Shown piece after piece: positions 49,269 to 62,800 of a stretch of 64,000 nucleotides of DNA; within the stretch, counting starts at the first letter, position 1; every line of letters starts with the position of its first letter. Where the stretch lies: assembly GCF_964204865.1 (NCBI RefSeq), contig NC_135262.1, positions 12,276,001 to 12,340,000 on the forward strand. Direction: 5' to 3'. The notes under the pieces were generated by a model. It ran no database searches. It was not told the DNA's origin and saw nothing but the letters and a program-made list of their open reading frames with translations. The translations under genes and the position numbers were made by a program. This DNA comes from Styela clava (lineage: Eukaryota).

Positions 49269-52200
49269 TCACGAGCATTCTTTGATGTAAAGATTATTTT
49301 CGTCTTCTTTGGTACGATTGCCGTCGTCTAGGGCTGCCTCTGTTTCGAACTCCTCTCCGTCTACCTCGTCTTTTTGTTTTGGTACCACGTTCCGCCTATT
49401 TTGAATTCTTTTCTTACCTGCATTTTTGAAAAAAATATTATGCAATATTTATCTTTTCGTTTAATTTGTGGATAGTTTGAATATAACAAATACCAATTAC
49501 TTTTATCCACGTGGCATAAAATATCTATACTTACACTAGAGCCAGTGTTTTTCAACCTTTTTTTTATCGTGGTATGCCTTTTACAAATTTTCAAGAATTT
49601 TGTATAGGCTTACCTTACCAATAACACTTGAATAAACAATAAATTTTAATCACATATTGTACTGCAATATCATTATGCAATCTAATAGGCCAGTGTCCGC
49701 AAGTTATAAATTTGACTGATGGCCTTAGCGTCAACGGGAATAATGTTCAACGTAAATCAAACGAAGTGCATAGCAGCCGAAATCACCAACCCAGACGCGT
49801 GACCGCATTATCTATATAATTTGTGATGTAACAATGTGTTCACTTTCTTAGATTTAATGGCATTTTATATTTCATGTGTGCCGCGTTTGTATTGTTGTCT
49901 CCGATTGAATATTTTATAATTTATTATATTAGAGTTTAGAATCCCTGACTTAGGCTGTACACCCTTCGTATACCCTTTACCTGTTGTAAACCAAACTTAT
50001 GATTCGGTATACACGTGGGTGTACCGTATACCCGGTTGAAGAGCACTGCGTGACTAGACTAATAAATTAAAAATATACCTGTTAAAAATTTTATGAACTA
50101 ACATCTTTGGATAACTTATGTTAAGCACATTTTGCACTTTTAGGAAATTGAGGTTTTATAAATATTATGCTGTGATGAATTCATTTTATATATACATAAT
50201 CTTGTTTTCAACGGGGGGTTAATAGTATCTTAAGCTTCAGTTACCCTTCTTTCCTGTTTCTTTGAAGAAATTGCTGATGAGTGACATCACTGTCGCCATA
50301 AAAGCCATACCGAATAAAATCCAAAAATAAACCATGATACGATAAATCGGAATGTATTTTGTGCTTGGATCGGTTCCTGAACAAGGAAACTCAATTAAAA
50401 TCATACACAAATCATCAATTATGTTATCAATTATGGTAGTCTGAACATGTTTACCAGTTTTTAGTCGCCCACTCGTGAAACACTCTCAAAATAAGTATAA
50501 ATAATTGGGTAACAATGGTACCTGTGGTTGAGTGTAGAAATAAATTTTCTGGGGTCAAAGGTTAGAGAAACATCCAATGGGTGGCGTGAACTAATTTAGG
50601 CAGAAAACTATTGACTATATAAATAAAATAGGCAGAGTATGAACAATAAATATAATTCACCTGCAACAATGTCTCCAAATCCGATAGTTGTTATTGATAT
50701 GAAGGAGTAGTAAAGAGCATCTTCGTAGCTCCAAGGTTCAAATGAAACAAAAAGAATTGATGGAATCAGTAGACAAAGAACAGCGTACATCAGAGATATA
50801 ACAGTGATAAGAAGAACTTTGCTAACCCAAGTCCGAGTTGCCTATATTTTAAAATACCAATACATAAGTTCGAACCAATTCCTACACCGCATATAAAATA
50901 GTTTTATAAAGTGATAATTCACTAATAAAAGTCATAAATAAATAGCATGCGTCAGAACTAACACTTAGACTGCCTAATAAATTGATATTTGGTTTCATTT
51001 TGAAAGATTATGATCTATAAATTGTTAAATGAACGAGACAATAATTCTAGTCCAAAATTGACAAAAATTTACCAAATAAATATTTCACACCAATAGATTA
51101 ACAAAATATCCTTTGTGAGATGTTTGTATTTTGTATTCTTTGTACCTTTCCATTTATTCTTGTTTCTAGTTTCAATACCAGTCCTGCTATCTTTCCACCA
51201 AGTCCAGTGAACATGATAGTAAATAAAGGAATTCCTATAAGTGCATAGATAATGCAAATTGCTCGACCCAGATGCGATTTTGGGTACAGATGACCATAAC
51301 CTGAAAAAGAAAATTTGGAATGCCGTATTCTGCTGATGAATAATTTAGATTAATTAAGAATTACGCAATGGACATGACGCGGGGGTAAATGATAGTCTTC
51401 TTAACGTAACGAAATGTAAAAATAATATCTTGAAAAATGAGAGAGAAATAAAATAATGGACGCCGAGATGGTGTTGTAGTTAAACGTATATTTGCTGATA
51501 TCGCAACTGTAGTCGTACTTTTGAATATTTTGTGTTCCGAGAGACTAATTTTCAAATTTGCATATCTCAATGTCAAACTTAGAGTCGGAATTGTTCTTTC
51601 AAACAGTGTGAGGTTATTTTCATGCTCAAATTCAATATTTTCATGAGTAAATCTGGCAATCAAAAGTCGAGTTTTGTATTAGATTTCCGATAGTAGCAAT
51701 GGGAAAGAAACTTTTTCAAACTAATTTGACAGAAACCATTACGGAACGGGGCAACAGAAACCAATCAATATTAATTAATTAACATACCAATTGTAGTTAC
51801 TACAGTTCCAGCGAAAAACACCGATGCCTCAAAATGCCAGTTGTTGACGCACGTTGAAGTCATTGTGGTAAAATCAAATATAAACCCATATTTCTCCGCG
51901 TTCGAAATTTCCTAAATGATATGAAATAAATGAGTCAAACTACGTGCTTTTTGCATAAAATTCACACCGGTAAAGAAATAAAATGCATATAATAATATAT
52001 GACCAAAATATAATAATTCATTTTCAGCTCAACTCCAGACAGTGTACTTTTAATAATAGAAATGCATATTACGGACGCAAGTTAGGATGGCGCCATGCTA
52101 GATAATCTAACTTTAGTTGTTACAAGTAATGAAGTGCGACAGCAACATACTCGAAGCCACTTTGAATGGATGGGAAATCCTATTAATAAATAATGCCCAA

Positions 52201-53084
52201 ATATATTCTATATTTCCCCGACTAGCTTGTTAGTCACCTTTAGCATTCTTCTTATTGGGGAAGCACTTGCAATCTTCTTCAATGATCACCAAAGTAAGCA
52301 AAATGATAAAATAGTATATATATTGTTTTTATGTTACAAATTGTTGAATTTTATCATTGTTGGCAACAATTCTTTACTAAATCATCTTCATGAATTGACA
52401 TTTATTCAGTTTTGAATTGTTTTTTGCGGAATTACTAGTATTATCTACTTGGGATAAAAAGTTAAATTAGGTATGATATTTGTACAATGTTTACTATTAT
52501 ACATGGCACTGAAGGTTTGTCGCCATATTCGTCAGGGCACTGATTCCAATACGTTTAGCCTATTTCAGACGAACTATTTTTAGTCATGATTAAATTGTCG
52601 TCTGATATGTCTACCCATTTGCGCCGCCAAAACATTGATTTGTTCAATGGGTAGATTCAGTGCCTAATAAACTACTAATTAGTTTCAATAAACCAAAATG
52701 GGAAATTCTGTTTGAAAATTTGTCTTGTCATTTGAGATTTGCCATCTAACATTAGTTTACACTGCATTCTGCTTATGACAAATTATATTTCGGAGAAGAT
52801 GCATACACCTAGTATACTAAAGTATTGTAAAATAACAACAGAAGAGAAACCATGTATAAAGTATTTGCATTTTATGAATTTACCTGTGTGAGATCCAGTA
52901 GAGATGTGATGGGTATAGCTGATTTATTCATGTCAACTTCGAAGATTATATTTTCTATTGTGTGGGTGGTTTCTTCGCATTTTTGAGCGTCGTAATTCCC
53001 TTCAACGATCATAAAAATTATCCCACCAACTATAAGATAAATAAAATAACATATGACAAGTCCAAGCAAAATTTTCCAATTCAT
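49269..53084 (-). CDS. Two-pore-domain potassium channel (KCNK, TALK/TREK-like), 6 exons 52884-53084, 51788-51911, 51146-51300, 50661-50841, 50245-50376, 49269-49417; ~313 aa
   Basis: M1 YLIVGGIIFMIVE; pore 1 WHFEASVFFAGTVVTTIGYGHLYP; M2 GRAICIIYALIGIPLF; pore 2 WSYEDALYYSFISITTIGFGDIVAG; M4 YRIMVYFWILFGMAF. Phases are consistent (942 nt). Confidence 0.93.
49543..50048. mobile_element. hAT-type MITE in the last KCNK intron
   Basis: TIR cagtgtttttcaacc / ggttgaagagcactg. No clear TSD. Confidence 0.7.
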
Positions 53085-55254
53085 TTCAAATCAGATAGTG
53101 TTTTATTCAAGCTTCAAAACTAACAAAAAAAATGGAAATTAATTTAAAAATCGTCCAAATATGATCGTATTTTGTTTGGACTTTCCACTCGGATATAATG
53201 TATAGGTTTACAACGTATATTCTGTCTTACTCTGACTATGTCAATATTTTGTCAGTCTCGCTCTGTTTCTGTTACTCTCAATGTTGTCTGTCTACAGTAA
53301 GATATTCAGCATATTTCTCAGATGTGCAATCAATAGTCATTAGTCAGTCAGACATCTAAATTGAGAAGCCGTGTCAGAAACGATGATGATAATGCGTTTG
53401 CTCGACCGCAACGTTGAAATTCACTCACTCTTGTCTTTATCTATTGGACGACACGCGGTGACAGTAATTCTGATTCTACTCAAAAAATTCAAGTAAAATC
53501 TACCGACGTTTTGTTACGCGTGAGCCCGTATAAGGGAATTACAAAGGTATTTAACGTTAAGGGTAAAATAATACTATATGAAAGGATCTTTGATAAATAT
53601 TCTCTTATTTACTTATAAAACTATCCGGAATTCATCACAGTTGCGGAAGAAATAAATAAATCAGTTGTATCATTCTCATCTTCAAACAGGAAGGAAACAT
53701 ATATTATTCATTTAAGCTCAAATATGAAATTACTAATCTTGATTCTTCTTTTGAGTCAACGGAAAAAACGAATGCTTCCGAGATTGACTGTCACTGGCAC
53801 TATATTTGTAGAGTAGATAGTAAATATACCTTTGAACGATATATATGCTCTCTATTTGCACATAATGTTGGATGTCTTGTACGCATTTAAAGGAAAATCT
53901 AACAATCTGATATACACTTCAGTACGATACATTCCAATTGCGAGTACACATATCATCGTATTTAAAATACTGATCACAATTTTAGTCATATCGTGAAGTT
54001 ACCCCAGCATAACTAATCCACTATAACAAATAAAAACCAACTTCCAAAACTCCAGTATTTTGTGAGCACTGGAACGTCTAGTGGTAAAAAATTGTTCTTA
54101 TTCTCTTCATACCACGAGCAAGTTTCAAAACAGACTTTATTCGAAAGTCTTTAATGCACCGTCATCGATCAGTGGGTTTAGAATCGATCAATGTTTTTTT
54201 TTCAAATATGCGCCGAATATAATCTGTTTTTTGCAAATGAGACAACCAAAACAAGCTATAGCACAATCTCAGCTAGCTATAACAGAATATAAAAAATCAG
54301 AATATAGAAAATACAATTCCGAATATATGACGATTTATAGATTTCAAAGCATAACGTCATCGGTGTTATACTCCTCGTTCAAATATATTCGTACCATACC
54401 ATTTATAAAACAAGTACTAAATAGTACTTTTGTTAGTTTAATAATGTTTACCCTCTTTAAATAAACGCCATAGGTGTTGACGACGTGATATATTTATCAG
54501 CGGGGTTTACATTTCTCACTACATGCCCTCATTATAAAAATTCTTTTTCGTTAGCTTTAACTTTATGAATTTAACTTTCGCATCTATAAAAATTGCAAGC
54601 ATTGTTTCGCAATTGCGCTATTTGTATTGTACGGTATATTTATGTCTAGCTTCAACATCCACTTGGGAACGTTCCTGTAATTCTTTCTGCCTGGTAATCC
54701 AACTCATTAGTCGCCAAACATAATGCTTTGACTTCTTAACTTTGTTGAATGCTTTCAATAACAGCTTTTATTATACCGATGTCAATTCATAGTCTACAAA
54801 TCTATTTGGCTGCTGAAATTTCATTTAACCGTTAACTAACCGCTTCACTACATATCGAAAACAATTATAAAATTTCTTTTATTATTTTCTTTTCTTTTTC
54901 TGCCACGTTTGATGATATGTATTATGAATAGATATAACCAATATAAATCATTTTGCTTGGCATTTGTGAAGGTAACGAATGTCGGTTAGGATTCTTTGTC
55001 TAATTCAGTTTTCAACACACGTGCCTATAAAATATTTATTGTGCTGTAATTGTTTGTATAAGGTAATTTTGTCTAGGTATAGTTTTACATATCTATCTGA
55101 ATTTATACATAGTTTAGATTAGAACAAACAGCTGAAAAATTCATATACCATGCTTTATAGAAATACGGCGTATTTATAGGCATCTGGATGTAAACACAGC
55201 TTACACAAGCAGTTACTTATATGCAAAGAGCTATTCCTATTTTGAAAAAACCGG

Positions 55255-55395
55255 ACAATTTGCGTTTCGTCATTGCCTACCCAATTCATTACACTCAGGT
55301 TAAGATGGTGGGAATGGGATTCGAACCCGAGATTTTATTCTGCAATGCCATTATAGGTAAAACTAACAATTCAACCATTAAGCGACTGTGACCAT
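55255..55395 (-). mobile_element. tRNA-derived SINE fragment
   Basis: The minus strand has B-box GGTTCGAATCCC followed by a body homologous to 5150-5225. No tRNA cloverleaf can be formed. Confidence 0.55.
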
Positions 55396-58309
55396 CCAAG
55401 CTGGTAAATATTACAATAGGATTTGATGTGAATACATAAAAAAATTGTAAATATTTTTTATAAAAAAAAACACTTTTAATCAAAATCCCTAAGAAGATTA
55501 AATCTTACTCATTCTCTGAAATTGCAATTTTTTTTTATTAATTTAATAATTTTAAACTAAAATTCAAAACTACAATGAGCTTTGATAAAATGTTGCTCTA
55601 GTTTTCTCTTAATTAAACAATACAAAATTCTACATAAGAAATGAATAATGCAGCTGCTCTGTTTTGTTCTTTAAACATTAGGGAAACCTAGCCATATTTT
55701 ATTCATTTGAGCTCAAATATAAAATTGCTACTTTTTATATCTCAATAAAAAAGCTAAGTTTACGTCTGCTGTCATTGTCTTTATATTTGTAGATTAGAAG
55801 AACCTTTCATACTTTTTCACACATTTTAAAAAGCTTGGAAAGTTGACCACTAGTCAAATAGAAATTCAGAGCAAAGCTTCTATTTCTTGTCAATATAGGC
55901 TTTCTTTGAGCATATTATCGTTGTATACAAAATCTACTTAAGGACTTGTGAGTGTAGTGGGCTTGGCTTGAGAACTCAGCTTCCGACATATACTGGTATT
56001 ACGACTTGAATCTAAACTCGAGTGTTATAATTTTGCACTCAAAGTTGAGTGATTTGCTGTTCTTTCATAGCTGCAATGAAGCTAGTTTATTGCTCTGGGT
56101 GATTTGGGGATGAATGAGGACTAACACTGGGACATATTTTAGAAAATAAAATTATTCTATTATGTAAACGTTTTCATTAGTTTACGCCACAATGCGGGAG
56201 TATTTTAGGGCTTATGTTGTATGCAAATGATGCAGACCCAATGCCGAACCATTGTTTTATTACATCACAGTGCTTACCTTGGCCCCGCTATGTCACGGTT
56301 GTATTTGAAACGCAATGCCTACATTAGCTAGACTACTTACTACGGTTTTATTACTACACAGTGCCTGCCACGATCAATCGTTTTAACTACAGCGTGAGAA
56401 ACGACGCTGAAAACTGGCATGGCGGTCAGTCCTGAGCTGAGCCATGAAGGTTTGTCTTTGTTGGACTTGTGTTTTGAGCTATGACTGTGGAGTCGGAGTT
56501 TGGCAATTTTTCACTGAAGCCAGAGTCATATTTTCCAACTGTCCGAAGTCATTTTGAATTCTCGAGTGTCCGATTTGGAATTTTGTACTTTTCAATGATG
56601 ATGATGAGGGACAAAATCTTCTCAAAAAGGAATTAAGTATTTTGAGCATTTTTAACAATATATCGCCCTGCTTACGAGTGCGAAGCTGAAGTCGACAATT
56701 TTTACAACCCGGAGTTGGAAAAAACAAATTTTTCCTAATCCGGATTCAATTTACCGATCTTAAGATCGATAAGTAAAAACACAGAAGATCAGATAAGGGA
56801 AATTCTATTTTTGGTAATACAACATACCCTGGATTTAAAATGGATGGTTAATAGTTACCGATATTATAACTGTTTTCTTACAATAATGTACACGAGACCC
56901 ACCTTCGGAGCACCTCACATTATTGTGAAAGATGCGCGGCTTCACAGGTAATACGTGACGCTATTACGCTTTGGTTTTTCTCGCCCTTCCCCGTTCCACG
57001 TTACGCCCTATTATTATCACAGGTATTCTCACTTTTGCACAACCTAATTCATTTTTGTTACAATTTAATATGTTTCTCCCATTGCCAAAATCATTCAATG
57101 GTGTAATTCTCAGCACTAGCGAACGAAATGAAGGAGGCAAACGAACCGTATTTCATCATAACAATTCATTATTATCGCCAAAACACTAAATAGGTTTAAA
57201 GTTGATTTATAAACAATTTTATTTTCACGTTAGGAATTTCGTGCAAGGCCCGATAATAATTTGATGGCAAAGATCGTAGCATTTACTATGTCGAAACGCT
57301 TATTCGACTTTTCAGACCGCAGAAACTATCCGAAAAATAACCGTTTTTGTGTTCGAGATATGAAATAATCGTCAATTCCACCATGCTTTCGTGAAATAGT
57401 GCAATTTAATAAATTTAATGACGTTTTTACTATTGAGTTTCATTGCATCGGTGTTTATGCTACCACGCGTTTCGCCAGATTACCGGCATGATTACAGATC
57501 GCAAGGGTGGGTAAAATAGAATATTTAAATCGAATCGAATAATTAGAATAATTTTAACGAATTTTCGAATATCGGGTATTTTTAATACACATACAACGGA
57601 TATCCAGAATGCTAGGCATTCTAATGTTGGTGAGCTATTTCCGGCCGTCCACTCTTTTTATACAAGGACTACTTCCTACGCAACGTTTGGTTTTTATATT
57701 CCAGAGAGAACTATGCGTTCATGGGGGCGACATATTTTAAAGACGGCTATTAAAGAGTGAATCCGGGATTTTATTTCGATATTTATTGTTCACGCCTGTT
57801 TTGATCTTTCTCCCCACCGATAGTAAATTAACTGTCCCAATTTTAAGCTAACAATATTATCATTTCTGACGTTGAAATGCGGATATTTATAGTGAGGATA
57901 GTTGACCTTCTTGTGATATTACTTTCCTATTGTGTCTGTTTTATTTTCGTATTAAATAGTGAACAAAAAACCCTGCAAGGTCATTGCGTGAATCCTGAAT
58001 GTTATTTTGATTTTAAATAATACTTCAATAAATCGGCAATTATGGCAAGTCTACTAGTCAAATAATAATTCCTTGGTCAAATTTAGGAAAAATTTTGCAC
58101 AATAATTTGTTACCTTGTTTGGCATTTTCAATTTCACGAAACGGGGTTGGCGCGCATTGTGCAAAACTTAGAATTAAAACAATACCCAAATACCTGAAAT
58201 ACGACTCCTCAAATTTGTCGTTTCTGTTTGTTAGCAAGAGCCGTGGGTAATTCTTGTGGAATTTAAAGGATTTGAAATTGGAATCATTTGAAATAAATTC
58301 AAAAATGAA

Positions 58310-58381
58310 ATATTCTCGCGGCACATCAAAATCTTTTTGCGGCACACTAATGTGGCACGGCACCCTGGTTGGGAACCACTG
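58310..58381. mobile_element. hAT terminus (related ends at ~58727-58739 and ~59670-59683)
   Basis: ggcaccctggttgggaaccactg is followed by ctctatgt (NNNTANNN). This is the same class of CAGTGGTTC terminus as at 2544. Confidence 0.55.
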
Positions 58382-59099
58382 CTCTATGTCCTTTATTTTC
58401 TGTTACGTAGTGTTTGCCTCTATTGTCACGTAACAACAGAGGTAGACACAGCTTTATGCAATTTTGGAAGCTGCAGTTTCTTTATCTGCTGAACTGAGTT
58501 TAGCGAACATGAGAATGATTTTTTCAGTATTTCAAAGGAAAATTGGGCAGAGATGGGGAAGAAGAGTTGACATTGCCTTCACTCTTTAGGCCTATATATT
58601 TAAAAAGCATAAAGTACACATAAACGATCACAAAATTGGGTTTAACTTGAAGGCAGCAATTTTTGTTTCGGGTGAGGGTGCCGTGTGTTTTGTCCCTGAT
58701 AATTTGGCGCTGCATGAACAAAAAGTCTGGGAACCGCTGTCGTAAACAGAGAATGACTTATTACTTATCGATTTTAATCGGTAAGTATGTTGATAGGTAT
58801 TTGTCTGTTTGTCTGTTAGATGTTCGCGATATCTCACGAAAGCAAGATTGAATCTGCTAAAGATTTTGCATGTACATTCATTATAAGTCGTACCAGTAGC
58901 CTATTGATTTTGGATGAATTTTGTCGTATAATTAGCGAGTTATTGATTAATTAGTGATGGGACACAAGGTGACACTATGGAGTAAGAGGGTTGTTTTGGG
59001 GGATCCCCTAACTTTCGATCGATAAGTCTTCGGTCTCTGACCGATATTCTCGTTTCTCAGTTGCTGCCGTGACTCTGATGGTGATGCTTTTCTTACAGT

Positions 59100-59420
59100 G
59101 AGCGCTCTTGCGAAAGAGAATTGAAGAGAAACGCTACCCTGTGCATTTGCCCTATATGTCGAGTAGCCACCCAACACATTTCAGAAAGGCGAAACCATTT
59201 GAGGCAGATGAGCGATGGATGGCAATTTTTTCGTACATATTGTGGTGGTGCTTTTTTCGCTTCTTCTATATTGAGCGCCTTTGTAAAAGATAATTGAATA
59301 GATACGCTTGGCTGAGCATGTGCGTTATATATCAAGTTGCAACACAACAGGTTGCCAGGTGAAATCATTTGAGGCAGACGGGGGGTTAATGGAAATATTT
59401 TTGTACAATATTGTGCCAGC
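59100..59420. repeat. Diverged ~173-bp tandem repeat, two copies
   Basis: gagcgc...aaaga.aattgaa.aga.acgct...gcat.tgc and aaa.catttgaggcaga...atgg.aat.ttt..gtaca each occur twice at the same spacing. Confidence 0.65.
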
Positions 59421-59817
59421 GGCATCCAACGAGTCGGGTATATTCGTACACTTTATATCAACTGCATCGAAAGGCATGACCGCATATGAATATTGAGTTG
59501 ACTATACATGCCTATGACATTGGGTATGTATGTAGGCCTACATTACTTGAATGGCTGTATATTTATATTGAATTGGCTGATTACAATCACTAATACTTTT
59601 ATATTTTCCATTTCGTTTTTATATTACACATGCAGATCTCACAGACCTACCTCCAAAATCACCACTGGGGTTTGGTAACCACTGCCATAAATCTAAAATC
59701 CTTCGCGTATTCAAGATTTCCCTATTTTGACTACGAAGAAAAAAAGACGGTCTTTACAAGGTTTTGATTTTGTTGATTTATTTCCCCAAAACATGGAGGT
59801 TTCAAAGTACGCAATGC

Positions 59818-62800
59818 TTATGCACCATAACCGTCGATTGCGTGAATAGGTTCCTGAATTGCATCAAGGTAGCAGACGCCGCCAAAATCACAACTCGATG
59901 CTGAGGGTATTGCATTATAATATGCTGCAAAAACAGCCCCTGCACCTTGCCTCAAGCGATTGTTATCACATGAGTATGGATCAACATTGCAGCAAGCTTG
60001 AACGTCGGCAGCATCACTACACTCTGGATCGACCTGAAAAATATCAATATGGAACAAAGCGTAAGACTTAGACTACATCACTGTTGATGATGGCTAATAA
60101 TGCCTTGTCGAGTAACGTCCCTAATAATTGATTGTGCTATCTGTCTTGTTCTAACGTGTCGCAGTTGCGTCACTCGCTAGTATGTTCTGTTGCTGTAGAC
60201 ATCTTATGTTGTGTGTTATGCTGGTGTAATGAAGAAGTGTAAGCGTATTCAGTTGAACCCTTATTCTATAATAGCTTGGGTGTAGAACTTAACATATAAC
60301 CAAGACATTATTAACAATCACTCTCTCATAAGTTCTTCTAGAATCTAGAGTTTGAACATTTGAGAATAATTGAAAGTGTCGTCTCCTGCGATGAAATATA
60401 CTTACATTTGCGTAGGTGTTGTCACTGCTGCATGCCCATAACATACTGCCGCAAATGTCAGCATTGTTTGCGTCGTCTTTGATACGGCATTCGGGATTTG
60501 GTGCATAACCATCATGTAACACATATTTGCGCATAGCCGTACCGCCGAAGTTGCATGAATCTCCATCGTTTATTTGTTCGTCGTATGCAGCGAATACTTC
60601 GGTTGCCAACGCTAAAATAAATTTTGATTCGGGTAAGACGTAAACTCAATATTGTCACTTTATAGCTACCCATTTCCATACAACGCTGTGTGAACCATAT
60701 TTTCATCAGGCACGAAGATTCTGATTTCAATAATGCTGTTATAAAAATATTCTATTATGCGGCTTGGTTTTATTTACTTACTTTGTACTCTAGTAATTTC
60801 ACAGCTTCTTGTCGCGCAGCAATTCAATAGTTCGGAAGTACATTGGGCACTTACATCAGCCTCCAATTGATTATAACAAGCCCATTCCACGTTTCCACAT
60901 ATATCGCCGTAAGACGCTGTAGGCTTGACACCACATTTGAATGTCGATATGTCCTAAAAGTATCGTTTGAAAAAATCATTAATTTCTGAACCAATTGCTA
61001 TGAAATATTCAGCGGGGAAAGATTGTATTTTTCGCTAGAAGTCTATCACTTTTTTTATTTAAAAAAATTCTGCGGGTTCTATGAGATTCGTTTTTGTTGT
61101 GCGATGACGTCATTAAAAATTTCACACCTTGTGGCGGTTTCACTTTCCGATTGTTGCGTTCTGGTAGTCAGTCAAAGTCGGGAAGGCTACGGTATCGGTA
61201 CTGTAAAAGGTTTTATACTCGCATTGCTTCCTTTTGGCCATATATTTGAGCAGTGTTTCTTGTTTTTAAAAGTCAGGAAGTAAATTTAATTTTTTTCACA
61301 GAGATAGTCACACAGTCCCGATCCGAGTAAAGCTATATAAAGCATTATCTAAACAGTTACGGCTTACAAACCTCTAGTGGATAAGCTCGTACGTAGTCGA
61401 CCTTCATTTCAGCATCCGGATAATTCCAGGTAGTGGTTGGTGTTGGATCCGTAACGTAATGTCCCCCAACAGCAACATTAAGAATTATGTAAAAGTATTG
61501 ATTGAAAGGATCACCTATAAAAAATTACTGTAAATAATCACAAATGTTTAAATGTCGGTGACATATGTGTGATAGTGAACAGAGAAAAATATAATATATA
61601 CCTGTTTTAGTCTATTAAAACGAAGTAAGATATTTTTTTCCAATTTCAAAATGGTTTTGAATAGGCTATTATTATATTAGGCTATCCTACACTTCACACT
61701 TAGTAATGCTTGAGTTCCGACTATTTGGTGACTGGTGATGACATTATTTATTTGGTCAAAAATTTCAATCTGACCTTTATTTCCGTACATCCATCCTACT
61801 TGTCTGTCAAGATTGTGCATATGATAAGGCTTGCCATCCAAGCTGTATACCTACGAATTCAATTCAGAGTTAGTAGATCACCGTGATACGTTACCTTAAT
61901 TCATGTCATTGCCCTAACTTAATTGCAAATAATTTGAATATGGCTACAGATACTAAAAAAATTTATAAGATCTTAACGCGCGTCTATTGAAACAAAAATA
62001 TTTTAAACCCAAAATCGGGGGCATGTGACCCACCTTGATGCAACTTAGTACTCGGATGATCATTCGTGAGTATTACGGTAGCATATGAAGTTTTTAACAA
62101 AAGTATATCTAGACAATTTTCAAACCAACTTTTAATATGCCAATAGTATTCTCCCGATGGAAAAAATCAAGTAGAGGCAAAATGTGAGGGTAGCTCAAAA
62201 TAGCTTTGATTTGAAAATCAATGCGGTAATTGCAGCATAAGTATTTGTCCTAATTTTCTATACGCACGACGGTTCATTAGAAAATGTTCCACATTCTCTT
62301 AAACATTACTAAAATCGAAATGGCCAGTATTATGATACCCCATTCCAGTGGCTCTTAACCTTTCCGAGCCTGCTGAACCCCTGCGCCATTTGGCATGCTC
62401 CCGCCGAACCTCATCGTACTGAACGGTTAAAATTAGGAGCCCAATTCTAACTTTATAAAAAAGAAGCTAATTTCGTGCAAGGTTATAAAAAATGAACATT
62501 ATGGAAGAATCTCAGATACCAATACCACGTGCGGAAATAGCTATTGGCTTGTCACAATAGTGTCGGCGGCGGGGAAAAAGATGTGTTTTGTTGTATAACC
62601 TTATTGGGTGAAATGGCAAAAATGGATAAAAAATTAGCAACTTTGAAAATCCAAGATATGATTATATGCCTCAAAAACGTTGGTAGCTAAAGTCAGTCGT
62701 TTCTTAAACTTCAAACTACATTGAAATGCGTATAAAGCTTTTGACAATTGTTTTATTTTACAGAAATAGAGATATGATACGGTACGGATGACGATAATTT

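Noticed and set aside
55295-55395. Possible tRNA gene (GGTTCGAATCCC)
   Set aside because: No acceptor stem or cloverleaf, and it shares a downstream body with 5150-5225, so it is a SINE.
53100-58300. Short ORFs upstream of KCNK
   Set aside because: AT-rich intergenic sequence with transposon fragments. No motif or consistent exon chain was found.
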